NCBI GenBank assembly: GCA_965215265.1
Contig: OZ244048.1
Location: 2,400,001 to 2,464,000, forward strand
Length of the DNA: 64,000 nt
Origin: Candidatus Poribacteria bacterium
GTDB lineage: Bacteria > Poribacteria > WGA-4E > WGA-3G
Reading direction: 5' to 3'
Made by a program: the position numbers and the translations under genes. Every line of letters starts with the position of its first letter. Positions within the stretch are counted from its first letter, which is position 1. Positions 28,106 through 36,681 of this stretch are shown here, in pieces. The notes beneath the pieces are model-generated. The model saw only the letters and a list, made by a program, of their open reading frames with translations, had not been told where the DNA came from and did no database searches.

Positions 28106-30799
28106 ATGTGGATATCTACCCGGAAGACAGTTCCAATCGTTTCATTTTTGCTGCTCAGCACTTCAATCCTTCTCTCTATTTGCATCCGGACAGCCAATCT
28201 ACCCCAATTAGAACGAAAATATCTGCTGGGAACCGATGCGTATCATTTCCTTCGACAAGCCGAACTGATTGTTTCTGAAGGGCACCTACCTAACATTGAT
28301 ACACGGCGCTGGCAACCCGAAGGACGCGATCTGAGGACTTCGCTGAACCTCTTCTCTTACGTCCTTGCCTACAGCTATCACCTTGTGCACCGGTTTTTTC
28401 CATCGCTCAGCCTCTACGTTGTGGCTGTCTACGCACCTATTATCTGCTACGCGTTCTCTCTATTGGTACTTTACGGGTTATGGCGGAACGTTTTTGATAC
28501 ACCGACCGCACTCCTTGCTGTTAACTTTACCGCAATTTGCCCAACGTTGAACCTACACCGTTCGAGTGCAGGATTCGCAGACAGAGATGCGTTTGTGCTA
28601 CTGCTCTGGCTCATTATGTTCCTCTTTTACCTGAAATCCTCAGAAAGTCTGCGGCGAACTAGGCAGCGGGTGGTTTGTTTACCGTTCAAAGCGTACTTTT
28701 ACGCGATTCTCTCTGGCATGACGGCAGGCTTGCTCGCACTCACTTGGGAAGGTGTGGGCTTGGCAACAGTGATTCTCGTTATCTGGCTCGGTTTGCGTGT
28801 GCTGAGAGGGCACTTTTCGCAGGCGGATTGGCTAATTTATAACGTCTGGTATCTCTGTTTTATGACACTTTCGCTTACGTTTACCCGTGCCTATCACAAT
28901 ATCTGGCTGCCTTACACCTTCCTCGCCCTTGTGCTTCCAACCTTTTTCCATATCTGGCTCTGTCTCTCATTGTTAAAAAACGGAGAATACCGCTGCATCA
29001 TGTTACGGGCATTTCACTCACTGTTTGCCACCGCGGCTTGTACAGGTGGGTTTATTACATTGGTCGTGCTAACCGTGTTAAAACCGCCGGACCTCCGAGA
29101 GTTCTTTCAACAACTTTTTGACAATTTTATCTCGCCTCTCGGCAGCAGCCCGCTCATGCAGTCTATTACTGAACTTGCTGAGTTGAGTGGAATGCGGTTT
29201 CTGACGACATATTCAGTGACAGGACTGGCGGCAATGGCAGGTTGTGGTTTACTCGCTTATCGTTTCTTCGCGCAGGAAAGAATTGTCCCTGCAAGCAGGG
29301 CGAATTCTTATCCTAAAAATCACAGCACGTTTTTTTGGTTCGCACTCCTCGGTTTCGAAACCCTTCTCTGTGGAACCCTTTTCTCTCTGTTCATCGCAAA
29401 TACGAAATTCTCTTTCGCAATCTATAGTCTTTCTCTTTGTGTGGGTACGCTCGCGCTCGTAGGTGCCTACCACTTCTGCCGAAGTGCGGATACTGTCAAT
29501 AGCGCAAACAACAAATTACTGCTGCTATTGGTGTGGGGGCTCATCTTGCTTTTTAGCAGCAGGGGTGCAGAGCGATACCTCTTTTTTCTGGATGTGTTAC
29601 TCCATGCACTGAGCAGTTTTCTGATAATCCAGATACTTCGTTTTGTTACAGCGAGTACTTCAAACGAAAAAGCCCGTGAACACAGCACAAATCTGGAGTT
29701 GTGTGCGCTATGTCTGCTCGTAGCATCGGAATTATATGTCGCTACTCGTCTCTTCTCCGGGATAAATACCCCGGTTTGGATGCTTGTGGGCGTGGCACTG
29801 CTCAGCACGGTTTTCGGGATGTTCCTGCTGCACCAATTGGCAGGCATGGAAGCCTCTTATTTTCACAGATTCGCTTACCTCGCTGTGGTACTACTCCTCA
29901 TCTTACTCACGAGCTCAGACGTGTTCTACAAAGGGTTTGTACGCGCAAGTACCGAGTCGCTACGTGAAACTGCCACACCACACCCACCGCAGTTACAAGC
30001 TAGTTTCGCCGACATTGCGGTGCATACCGATGACGATGCAACAATTGCGGCATGGTGGGATTACGGTAGTCTGATTAACTATTTTACCAAACGCACGACT
30101 GTCGTTGACAGTGACCACTACATGCCCGCACGGATAAGGGCTATGGCACAGCATGTTTTTAGCGGCACCTCTCCTACAGAGGCACTCACTTTTTTACGCG
30201 CACACAACGCCACCCATCTGCTGATAACGACAAACGAACTGCTTCGATTGGATACAATCACCTATACCGGAACTGACGATGGTTATGACCGTTTAGCCTC
30301 TGTCCATTTTTTGACACCTATTCGGAGTAAACAGGTGGATGCCTCTATGGAACAGACAGACTTCATACTGCACAATTCTCAAACGACGGATACCTTAGCA
30401 GTGAATTCAGAAATCTACCCGCCTGGGGAGTGGAGGCTGTACGGTGTCTCACTCACTTACGATAGAACGAACAACGCTTGGACAGCAATAGTTCACGGCA
30501 CGGCAGGCAACCGAGAATTCGCGCTCCCGCCGAGCGAGCTTCAGGTAGGCACAACGTCCATTACTTATGATAACGCGTGTGTACCAGGGACGATTGTTAT
30601 CTTTCCAAACCATGCCGGAGAGAACCTACAGGCATTCTACGTTTCTGCACGCGCCAGACTCATGCTGACAGTGCGGCTCTACCTCTTTCTAGAAGATATA
30701 CCGGAGTTTTCATTGGTATATGATACCAATGCCACAGCGCGGTGTGAACCGTATGGACTTCGGCTTTTTCGTATATCTCCGTACCGTCAACGCTTATGA
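28106..30799 (+). CDS. STT3/PglB/AglB-family oligosaccharyltransferase
   Basis: EL1 'GTDAYHFLRQAE', 'GFADRD' (DxD-like), 'SITE' (TIxE/SVSE-like) and the hallmark 'AWWDYG'; many TM helices. Start uncertain because the ATG at 28064 lies in a repeat. Confidence 0.88.
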   Translation: MWISTRKTVPIVSFLLLSTSILLSICIRTANLPQLERKYLLGTDAYHFLRQAELIVSEGHLPNIDTRRWQPEGRDLRTSLNLFSYVLAYSYHLVHRFFPSLSLYVVAVYAPIICYAFSLLVLYGLWRNVFDTPTALLAVNFTAICPTLNLHRSSAGFADRDAFVLLLWLIMFLFYLKSSESLRRTRQRVVCLPFKAYFYAILSGMTAGLLALTWEGVGLATVILVIWLGLRVLRGHFSQADWLIYNVWYLCFMTLSLTFTRAYHNIWLPYTFLALVLPTFFHIWLCLSLLKNGEYRCIMLRAFHSLFATAACTGGFITLVVLTVLKPPDLREFFQQLFDNFISPLGSSPLMQSITELAELSGMRFLTTYSVTGLAAMAGCGLLAYRFFAQERIVPASRANSYPKNHSTFFWFALLGFETLLCGTLFSLFIANTKFSFAIYSLSLCVGTLALVGAYHFCRSADTVNSANNKLLLLLVWGLILLFSSRGAERYLFFLDVLLHALSSFLIIQILRFVTASTSNEKAREHSTNLELCALCLLVASELYVATRLFSGINTPVWMLVGVALLSTVFGMFLLHQLAGMEASYFHRFAYLAVVLLLILLTSSDVFYKGFVRASTESLRETATPHPPQLQASFADIAVHTDDDATIAAWWDYGSLINYFTKRTTVVDSDHYMPARIRAMAQHVFSGTSPTEALTFLRAHNATHLLITTNELLRLDTITYTGTDDGYDRLASVHFLTPIRSKQVDASMEQTDFILHNSQTTDTLAVNSEIYPPGEWRLYGVSLTYDRTNNAWTAIVHGTAGNREFALPPSELQVGTTSITYDNACVPGTIVIFPNHAGENLQAFYVSARARLMLTVRLYLFLEDIPEFSLVYDTNATARCEPYGLRLFRISPYRQRL

Positions 30800-30919
30800 T
30801 TTTACGCTCCTGTTTTAACATTGCAGCAGCCTTGTTACGGGCTCCTGTATACAAAAAAACGAGATTTTCACAGATTTTAACATTGCAGCAGCCTTTATTG
30901 GGCCGAAATATACGAAAAA
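30765..30919. repeat. Cluster of MITE-like repeat arms overlapping the STT3 3' end
   Basis: TTTTTCGTATATCTCCGTACCGTCAACG and two ...GCAGCAGCC..GGGC....TATAC.AAAA arms. Confidence 0.75.
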
Positions 30920-30969
30920 TCGACTACAAAATTTGCATGCTTTTCCAAGTTGTGCTAAACTAGCAGCTT

Positions 30970-33033
30970 ATGAAAACGAAGCCAAAGGTCGATGCACTGA
31001 TTAAATTAGACCCGTTGCTAAAACCGTATAGTGCGGAGCTGGAGCACCGCGTTGCGTGCTATCAGGACTGCAAATTGCAAATTGAGTACGCAGACGCAGA
31101 TAGGCGAGGACTGCTGGGACAAGTCAGCCAAGGTCACCGGTATTTCGGGTTCAACCGAGGCGAGAAAGCCGGGCAGCCGGGTATCTGGTATCGCGAGTGG
31201 GCACCGGCAGCTCATGCACTCTCGCTCGTCGGTGACTTTAACGATTGGAACCGTGAAGCGGCCCCGATGACAGTGGATGAATGGGGTGTGTGGCACCTCT
31301 TTCTGCCGGACAGCGAATATGTGTCTCGGTTCATGCACGGTAGCCGGCTAAAAGTGCATGTCGTCTCCGAATTAGGTGGACGTGACCGGATACCGGCCTA
31401 TATTCAGCACGTTGTACAGGAGGGTGACAGTGGGTTTGTTGGAGAGTATTGGGCCCCGCCGGAGCCGTATCGATGGAAGCATCCGCGAGCAGAATTGGAC
31501 AGAAAATCTGAGGGGTTACGGATTTATGAGGCACACGTAGGGATGGCACAGGACGCTGAAAAAGTCGGCACGTTTACAGAATTTACGGAAAAGGTTTTGC
31601 CACGCATTGCGGCGCTTGGCTATAATGTCGTGCAGCTCATGGCAATCATGGAACACCCGTATTATGCGAGTTTCGGGTATCATGTGAGTAATTTCTTTGC
31701 TGTCTCCAGTCGATTCGGGACACCAGAAGAACTCAAGGCATTAATTGATACCGCCCACGGACTGGGTTTACTCGTGGTGATGGATCTGGTGCATAGCCAT
31801 GCTGTGAAAAATTTTGAAGAAGGGTTAAACTGTTTTGACGGGACGGATTACCACTATTTTCATAGTGGTGCGAGGGGTGAGCATGTGGCTTGGGACTCGC
31901 GCTGTTTTGATTATAGTCAGTATGAAGTGCTGCGATTTCTGCTGAGCAATATCCGTTATTGGTTAGAAACCTATCGTTTTGATGGGTTTAGGGTTGACGG
32001 TGTGACGAGTATGCTTTACCGCGACCGGGGTCTCGGGCGCGAATGGACAGGCTACGCCGATTATTTCGGTGAAGAGAATATTGATATGGATGCGTTGGTG
32101 TACCTTATGTTAGCCAACGATGTGATTCACGCTGTTAACCCGGATGCTATTTCGATTGCGGAGGAGGTGAGCGGCATGCCTGGGCTGGCATGTCCAACAG
32201 AAGAAGGCGGGCTCGGATTTGATTATCGGTTGGCGATGGGGATTCCGGATTATTGGATAAAACTCTTGAAGGAGAAAGCAGATGAGGCGTGGCACCTGGG
32301 TGAGATTTACGGTATGTTGCTAAACCGGCGGGTTGGTGAGAAGCACATTGCTTACGTTGAAAGCCACGACCAGGGGCTTGTAGGGGATAAGACGCTTGCG
32401 ACGGAATTGATGGATGCGGAGCTCTACACGAAGATGAGCATCTTTTGTGAGAGTCCCATCATTGCACGGGGGGTTGCGTTGCATAAACTGATTCGCCTTC
32501 TCACGTTTAGCCTTGGCGGTGAGGGCTATCTTAACTTTATGGGTAATGAATTCGGGCATCCAGAATGGATTGACTTCCCGCGTGTGGGCAACGACTACTC
32601 TTACCGGTATGCACGGCGGCAGTGGCACCTTGTGGATAATGAGACGCTCCGCTACCGAGCACTCAACGCTTTTGATGCAGCGATGCAGCAGCTTGATTCA
32701 CAATATCACGTTCTGATAAACACAGCGGTTGAATTTTTGTTCATTCACGAAGAGGCAAAACAACTGGTTTATCAACGTGGTGCACTCCTGTTTGTGTACA
32801 ACTTCCATCCAACAGCGTCGTACAGGAATTGGCGTGTCCCGGTGCCGAATAAGACAGATTACCGGCTGATACTCAACACAGATGAACCCATATACGGCGG
32901 CCGGGGAAACGTTTCGGGCGAGATGTCCTATCCGTGTCAGGCGATTGCGATGCATCCGCATACGCAGTCAATTCAGTTGTATGTCCCTGCGCGAAGCGCG
33001 CAGGTGTTAGCGCCTTCAAGCCTTGAAATCTGA
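30970..33033 (+). CDS. glgB: 1,4-alpha-glucan branching enzyme (GH13_8, eukaryote/Bacteroidota-like type)
   Basis: YREWAP, IYEAHVG, YASFGYHVSNFFA.SSRFGTPEELK, FDGFRVDGVTSM, ESHDQ and NFMGNEFGHPEWIDFPR. Confidence 0.95.
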   Translation: MKTKPKVDALIKLDPLLKPYSAELEHRVACYQDCKLQIEYADADRRGLLGQVSQGHRYFGFNRGEKAGQPGIWYREWAPAAHALSLVGDFNDWNREAAPMTVDEWGVWHLFLPDSEYVSRFMHGSRLKVHVVSELGGRDRIPAYIQHVVQEGDSGFVGEYWAPPEPYRWKHPRAELDRKSEGLRIYEAHVGMAQDAEKVGTFTEFTEKVLPRIAALGYNVVQLMAIMEHPYYASFGYHVSNFFAVSSRFGTPEELKALIDTAHGLGLLVVMDLVHSHAVKNFEEGLNCFDGTDYHYFHSGARGEHVAWDSRCFDYSQYEVLRFLLSNIRYWLETYRFDGFRVDGVTSMLYRDRGLGREWTGYADYFGEENIDMDALVYLMLANDVIHAVNPDAISIAEEVSGMPGLACPTEEGGLGFDYRLAMGIPDYWIKLLKEKADEAWHLGEIYGMLLNRRVGEKHIAYVESHDQGLVGDKTLATELMDAELYTKMSIFCESPIIARGVALHKLIRLLTFSLGGEGYLNFMGNEFGHPEWIDFPRVGNDYSYRYARRQWHLVDNETLRYRALNAFDAAMQQLDSQYHVLINTAVEFLFIHEEAKQLVYQRGALLFVYNFHPTASYRNWRVPVPNKTDYRLILNTDEPIYGGRGNVSGEMSYPCQAIAMHPHTQSIQLYVPARSAQVLAPSSLEI

Positions 33034-33867
33034 TTAGAAGGTTCTGTTTTCTATAGAGTATGCGCGGTTTCCACTGGGCCCGCCGCCGATTGCCCAGGTT
33101 CCACGGAACAACGACTGTCGTTTGGGTGGCATCTTCTGAATAGTTTCATGGCTTAAGTTGAGACGGTGCCACTGTGCCCATATTGAGTTGTAGCAGTTAA
33201 AGACGGCACACCGTGGATTTTCAGAATATGTCCAATTATTCGCTGCATGGACTAAGCTTTCGGTGAAAATGACGACGGAGCCTGGCGGGCAGCTATAGTC
33301 ATCCATTGCCTCACGCATCTCTGCTTCCCAGGGCGAGCCGCCGATATTGGGTCGGTACGGATCGGGTCCGCCGTAATTGAAATGTGCTTTATGTGAGCCA
33401 CTGAGAAAAGAGGTGCCGCCTTGTCCGGCCTTGACTTCCTCAAGTTCCCAGACAACACGTGTAAGTCCGGAGAAGATTTTTCCGCCTGCGACCTGATAGC
33501 GCATAGCGTTTGCCTGCTGTGGTGGTCTCACCACATGCGGCATCCCGTTATCCCCGCGTTCGGAGGTGCTCCATCCTGGGTGTCTGACCGTGGTGAATGA
33601 ACCTTCACACCGGAAACTGTAGCAGTCGTCGCTCACAAAAGGTTCTTCAGCTAGAATCTCATTCAGGATTCCGACAATTGCCGGATGATCTAGCAAATTC
33701 TGGAGTGCGCCGTGGTAGCTTTGTCTAGCACCTGCATAGACTTCGGTTTTCATCTCCTCAGTTTCAGTTTCGGAGAGGACCGCTGGTAGCAAGATCCAGC
33801 CGCGGAGGTCGAAGAAAAACTTCTGTTCTGGGTTCATTGGTACTGGTGCTTCATATAATGTTGTCAT
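33034..33867 (-). CDS. Phytanoyl-CoA dioxygenase (PhyH)-family protein
   Basis: FFFDLRGW, GGTSFLSGSHK and PGSVVIFTESLVH motifs. Confidence 0.8.
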   Translation of the reverse strand: MTTLYEAPVPMNPEQKFFFDLRGWILLPAVLSETETEEMKTEVYAGARQSYHGALQNLLDHPAIVGILNEILAEEPFVSDDCYSFRCEGSFTTVRHPGWSTSERGDNGMPHVVRPPQQANAMRYQVAGGKIFSGLTRVVWELEEVKAGQGGTSFLSGSHKAHFNYGGPDPYRPNIGGSPWEAEMREAMDDYSCPPGSVVIFTESLVHAANNWTYSENPRCAVFNCYNSIWAQWHRLNLSHETIQKMPPKRQSLFRGTWAIGGGPSGNRAYSIENRTF

Positions 33868-33918
33868 TATTTTCTCCTTTGAGGGGGAAGGTGATATTTA
33901 GAGTCAATACATCGAACA

Positions 33919-34049
33919 GCTCAGACGAGATTTATCTATAGATTGGCAGGATAAGGAATTCTTTGTCTGTCCATGAGACAAGAAAACCGAACCTGCCAAC
34001 ACACGAGTTATCATTATATAAACCTTGATGGTACGGAGATATACGAAAA
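33919..34049. repeat. MITE-like arm with a nested full GGCAGG element (33945-33997)
   Basis: GCTCAGACGAGATTTA-[CTATAGATTGGCAGG...CCTGCCA]-ACACACGAGTTATC...GGAGATATACGAAAA. Confidence 0.78.
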
Positions 34050-34112
34050 TCCTTATCAGAAACCGTTTCTAACTTTAGACAGTTTATAAGACTGCAGCAC
34101 TTTTCAAGGGAA

Positions 34113-35894
34113 CTAATCTGTGGTCAATGCGCGTTGCAAGCCGGGTAAGAAATAGTCCTTAACCACAACCTCCCAGCTCATTCGAGAGGCGATAGCATAG
34201 CCATCTTGGATCATCTCTTCAACATCACGCGGTTTACGTGGTAAACGGCCGAGTAGTTTTGCGGCGATGTCCCTGCTATTCTCTGCTTCGATCTTATTGC
34301 GTTCGACTAACCCGATTTGGAGGATGCGTTCTAACGATTCAGGTTCGGCATCGCCAAGGTTTGTATAGTCAGCGATGACAATATTGGGGATGTCGCGATT
34401 CCCTGTTGCGCGTTGTATGAACCCACAACAGCCACAGATATTACTGACCACACAGATAGCGCCGAAGCTTAGGGGTTCTACTTGTGCGATTCCGAAGGGT
34501 TCATAAATAGATTGCCCAAATTCGGCATCGCTGCCTTTCCTGATGTCCATAAATTCCATCTCTATCGGCATACGCGTTCCACATGTGGCTTGACTCCATC
34601 CAAACTGATTGACAAAGACGACTTTAATAGCGTTGGAATTGAGGTTAAAAGCGGATACGCCGTTGTTTAGTTCAATTTCGGCCCCGACGAGGTCAGGGTA
34701 TCCGATTTTGTGATAGACGGGCCAGCCGTATTCTTTTTCCATGTGATGGATGCTATCGTTCGGGCGTCCGGTTGCGATTTCTGTGGAGAGAATGAATAGG
34801 ACTGCGGTTTTGTCATTGGATGCGAGGAGTGCATCCAGGTGGGTGAGTACCTGTAAATCGCGCCACAACCCCTTACTTTTAACGAGCCGCGTTACGTGTG
34901 TGAAGACATAATCCGGTCGGTAGCCGAGTAGCGTTTGCGCGTACTGTTGGAGGCGCGCTTTGGAGGTGAGCTTCTGCTGTAAATTGAGTTCAAAGGCTGG
35001 GATGCCATTGTAAACGAGATGAATGGGGTACTCCTCAAACGGTTTTGCGAGAAATTGGAGTTCGTCTACGACGAAGTCACCGACTGCAAAGATAGCATCA
35101 CAAAGATGTGCTTTATCAATGAGCGCGTGCTTAAAGGACCAGGACGGTTCATCAAAGACATCGGTAATTGATTTTCCATGCGCCATTGTCTGCTGTAGTA
35201 CATTGTAGAACCGGACATCGTGCCCGGGGTGTCCTTCCACAATTGGGCGGACTGTGGCGACTTCGTGTGCATAAAAAATGGTGCGAAATTTCGCTGCGCC
35301 GTTTTTCCTTTCAATAAGCGTTTTGAGTACGAGCGGCATACCCATAAATTCATGCGAAATGACAAATACGTCCGTATCCTCGCCAGCGTTGTCCGGACCT
35401 GCATCCCCGCCTGCTGCAAGGAGTATCCGCAGCGCTGCGTATGCAGGCTCGGCGAGCCGAATATATTCCTCAAATTCCCATTCACTCTCGTAACGGCTCG
35501 ATTCAATACCAAAATGCTCATAGAGTTGCCATTTGAAATCGGCGGTGAGCTGTTCATTGCTATTTGAGACATTGACGAGAAGGACCTCGGTGACTGTCGT
35601 GATATTTTGGTTTTTATCTTTGAAACGCCGCTGTCCGTAGACGATTTCAACGTGATAGGTTTGCTCAATCTGGCTGAGAGCCGCCGCATGAGGTGTGTTT
35701 TGTATACCCTTGGAGGCTTGATACAGCACGGGTTCTAATTCGCCTAAATCGGCACCGTCGAATAGCGGGCCGACCAGGAAGGTGCGCTTAATCGCTTGAT
35801 TATAGCTGCGGGTAGTGAGCAACCCATCTAAAACGGCACCGATTCCGCCCACTTTTTGGATAGCTTCGTGCGTAACATGTACAACAATACTCAA
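34113..35894 (-). CDS. GT-B glycosyltransferase, probable glycogen synthase of GT3-like type
   Basis: HEAIQKVGGIGAV (cf. EVANKVGGIYTV), SHEFM, YAHE, VYNG and SIYEPFG; sits in the glycogen cluster; TTG start. Confidence 0.75.
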   Translation of the reverse strand: MSIVVHVTHEAIQKVGGIGAVLDGLLTTRSYNQAIKRTFLVGPLFDGADLGELEPVLYQASKGIQNTPHAAALSQIEQTYHVEIVYGQRRFKDKNQNITTVTEVLLVNVSNSNEQLTADFKWQLYEHFGIESSRYESEWEFEEYIRLAEPAYAALRILLAAGGDAGPDNAGEDTDVFVISHEFMGMPLVLKTLIERKNGAAKFRTIFYAHEVATVRPIVEGHPGHDVRFYNVLQQTMAHGKSITDVFDEPSWSFKHALIDKAHLCDAIFAVGDFVVDELQFLAKPFEEYPIHLVYNGIPAFELNLQQKLTSKARLQQYAQTLLGYRPDYVFTHVTRLVKSKGLWRDLQVLTHLDALLASNDKTAVLFILSTEIATGRPNDSIHHMEKEYGWPVYHKIGYPDLVGAEIELNNGVSAFNLNSNAIKVVFVNQFGWSQATCGTRMPIEMEFMDIRKGSDAEFGQSIYEPFGIAQVEPLSFGAICVVSNICGCCGFIQRATGNRDIPNIVIADYTNLGDAEPESLERILQIGLVERNKIEAENSRDIAAKLLGRLPRKPRDVEEMIQDGYAIASRMSWEVVVKDYFLPGLQRALTTD

Positions 35895-36167
35895 TTTCCA
35901 CCTCGCTTGAATTTAATGTGATGGCCATGAACCCTAAGACATGGATGTCTGGCTCTTCCTATTTTATTAAAAAATTAGCATGTGAAAAGGAAAATGTCAA
36001 GGTATTTTTGGCAAAACCGTTTGTGCTTCCGACATACCGTAGGGTTCATTTCCTCTTTACGCTCAATTTTGAGTGAGTTGAAAATTCTTCGCCTCAGATG
36101 CTAGGTGTTAGGAGGTATTAAGTGTGGTATAGATGCGAACGAAAAATTTGGTGAGATTCAGTTTGGC

Positions 36168-36196
36168 TTGACAACAGCCCAAAAAGCAACTATAAT
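36168..36196 (+). promoter_or_regulatory. Consensus sigma-70 promoter upstream of the wHTH-glgP operon
   Basis: TTGACA-17 nt-TATAAT. Confidence 0.7.
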
Positions 36197-36439
36197 ATAT
36201 ACGGACTGATGTGGAGGTTTTTGAATTCGCCACAATTTGCATGAAACATCCACGTTCGAGCAATCTGGAGTCTATTAAGAGATTAGATTTAACGATGAAC
36301 ACGCTCTGGGCCTCGAGTTATAGTAAAGTTCGCAAGTTGATAAAAAGTATCGACTGTGAATTTAGCGTAACTGGAATTGGGGTTAGATGGGAGCTATTCC
36401 TGATACAAACAGACAAAATTACAAAGTGCGGAGTTAGCT

Positions 36440-36658
36440 ATGCAAGATAATATTGGAAAAGTCGCTGGGGCAATCTGGCATTATTTATCGATAAACGGCG
36501 AGGCGACGCTGACCAAATTAAGACGCGATATTGATGGTACGGAGTCGCAAGTTATGATGGGTATAGGTTGGTTGGCGCGTGAAGGGAAGTTGAATTTCAA
36601 GAAACGGAGACGTGCTACCTACATTATGCTGAGAAAATCGGAACAAGAGGGTCGATAA
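36440..36658 (+). CDS. Small winged-helix protein (DUF2582-like)
   Basis: IGKVAGAIWHYL ... MGIGWLAREGKL signature. Confidence 0.85.
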   Translation: MQDNIGKVAGAIWHYLSINGEATLTKLRRDIDGTESQVMMGIGWLAREGKLNFKKRRRATYIMLRKSEQEGR

Positions 36659-36681
36659 GGCCAGAAAGGAAAATGGAGTAA

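Noticed and set aside
36211-36450. 79-aa ORF upstream of the wHTH gene
   Set aside because: No RBS or recognisable motif; probably the 5' leader of the glgP operon.
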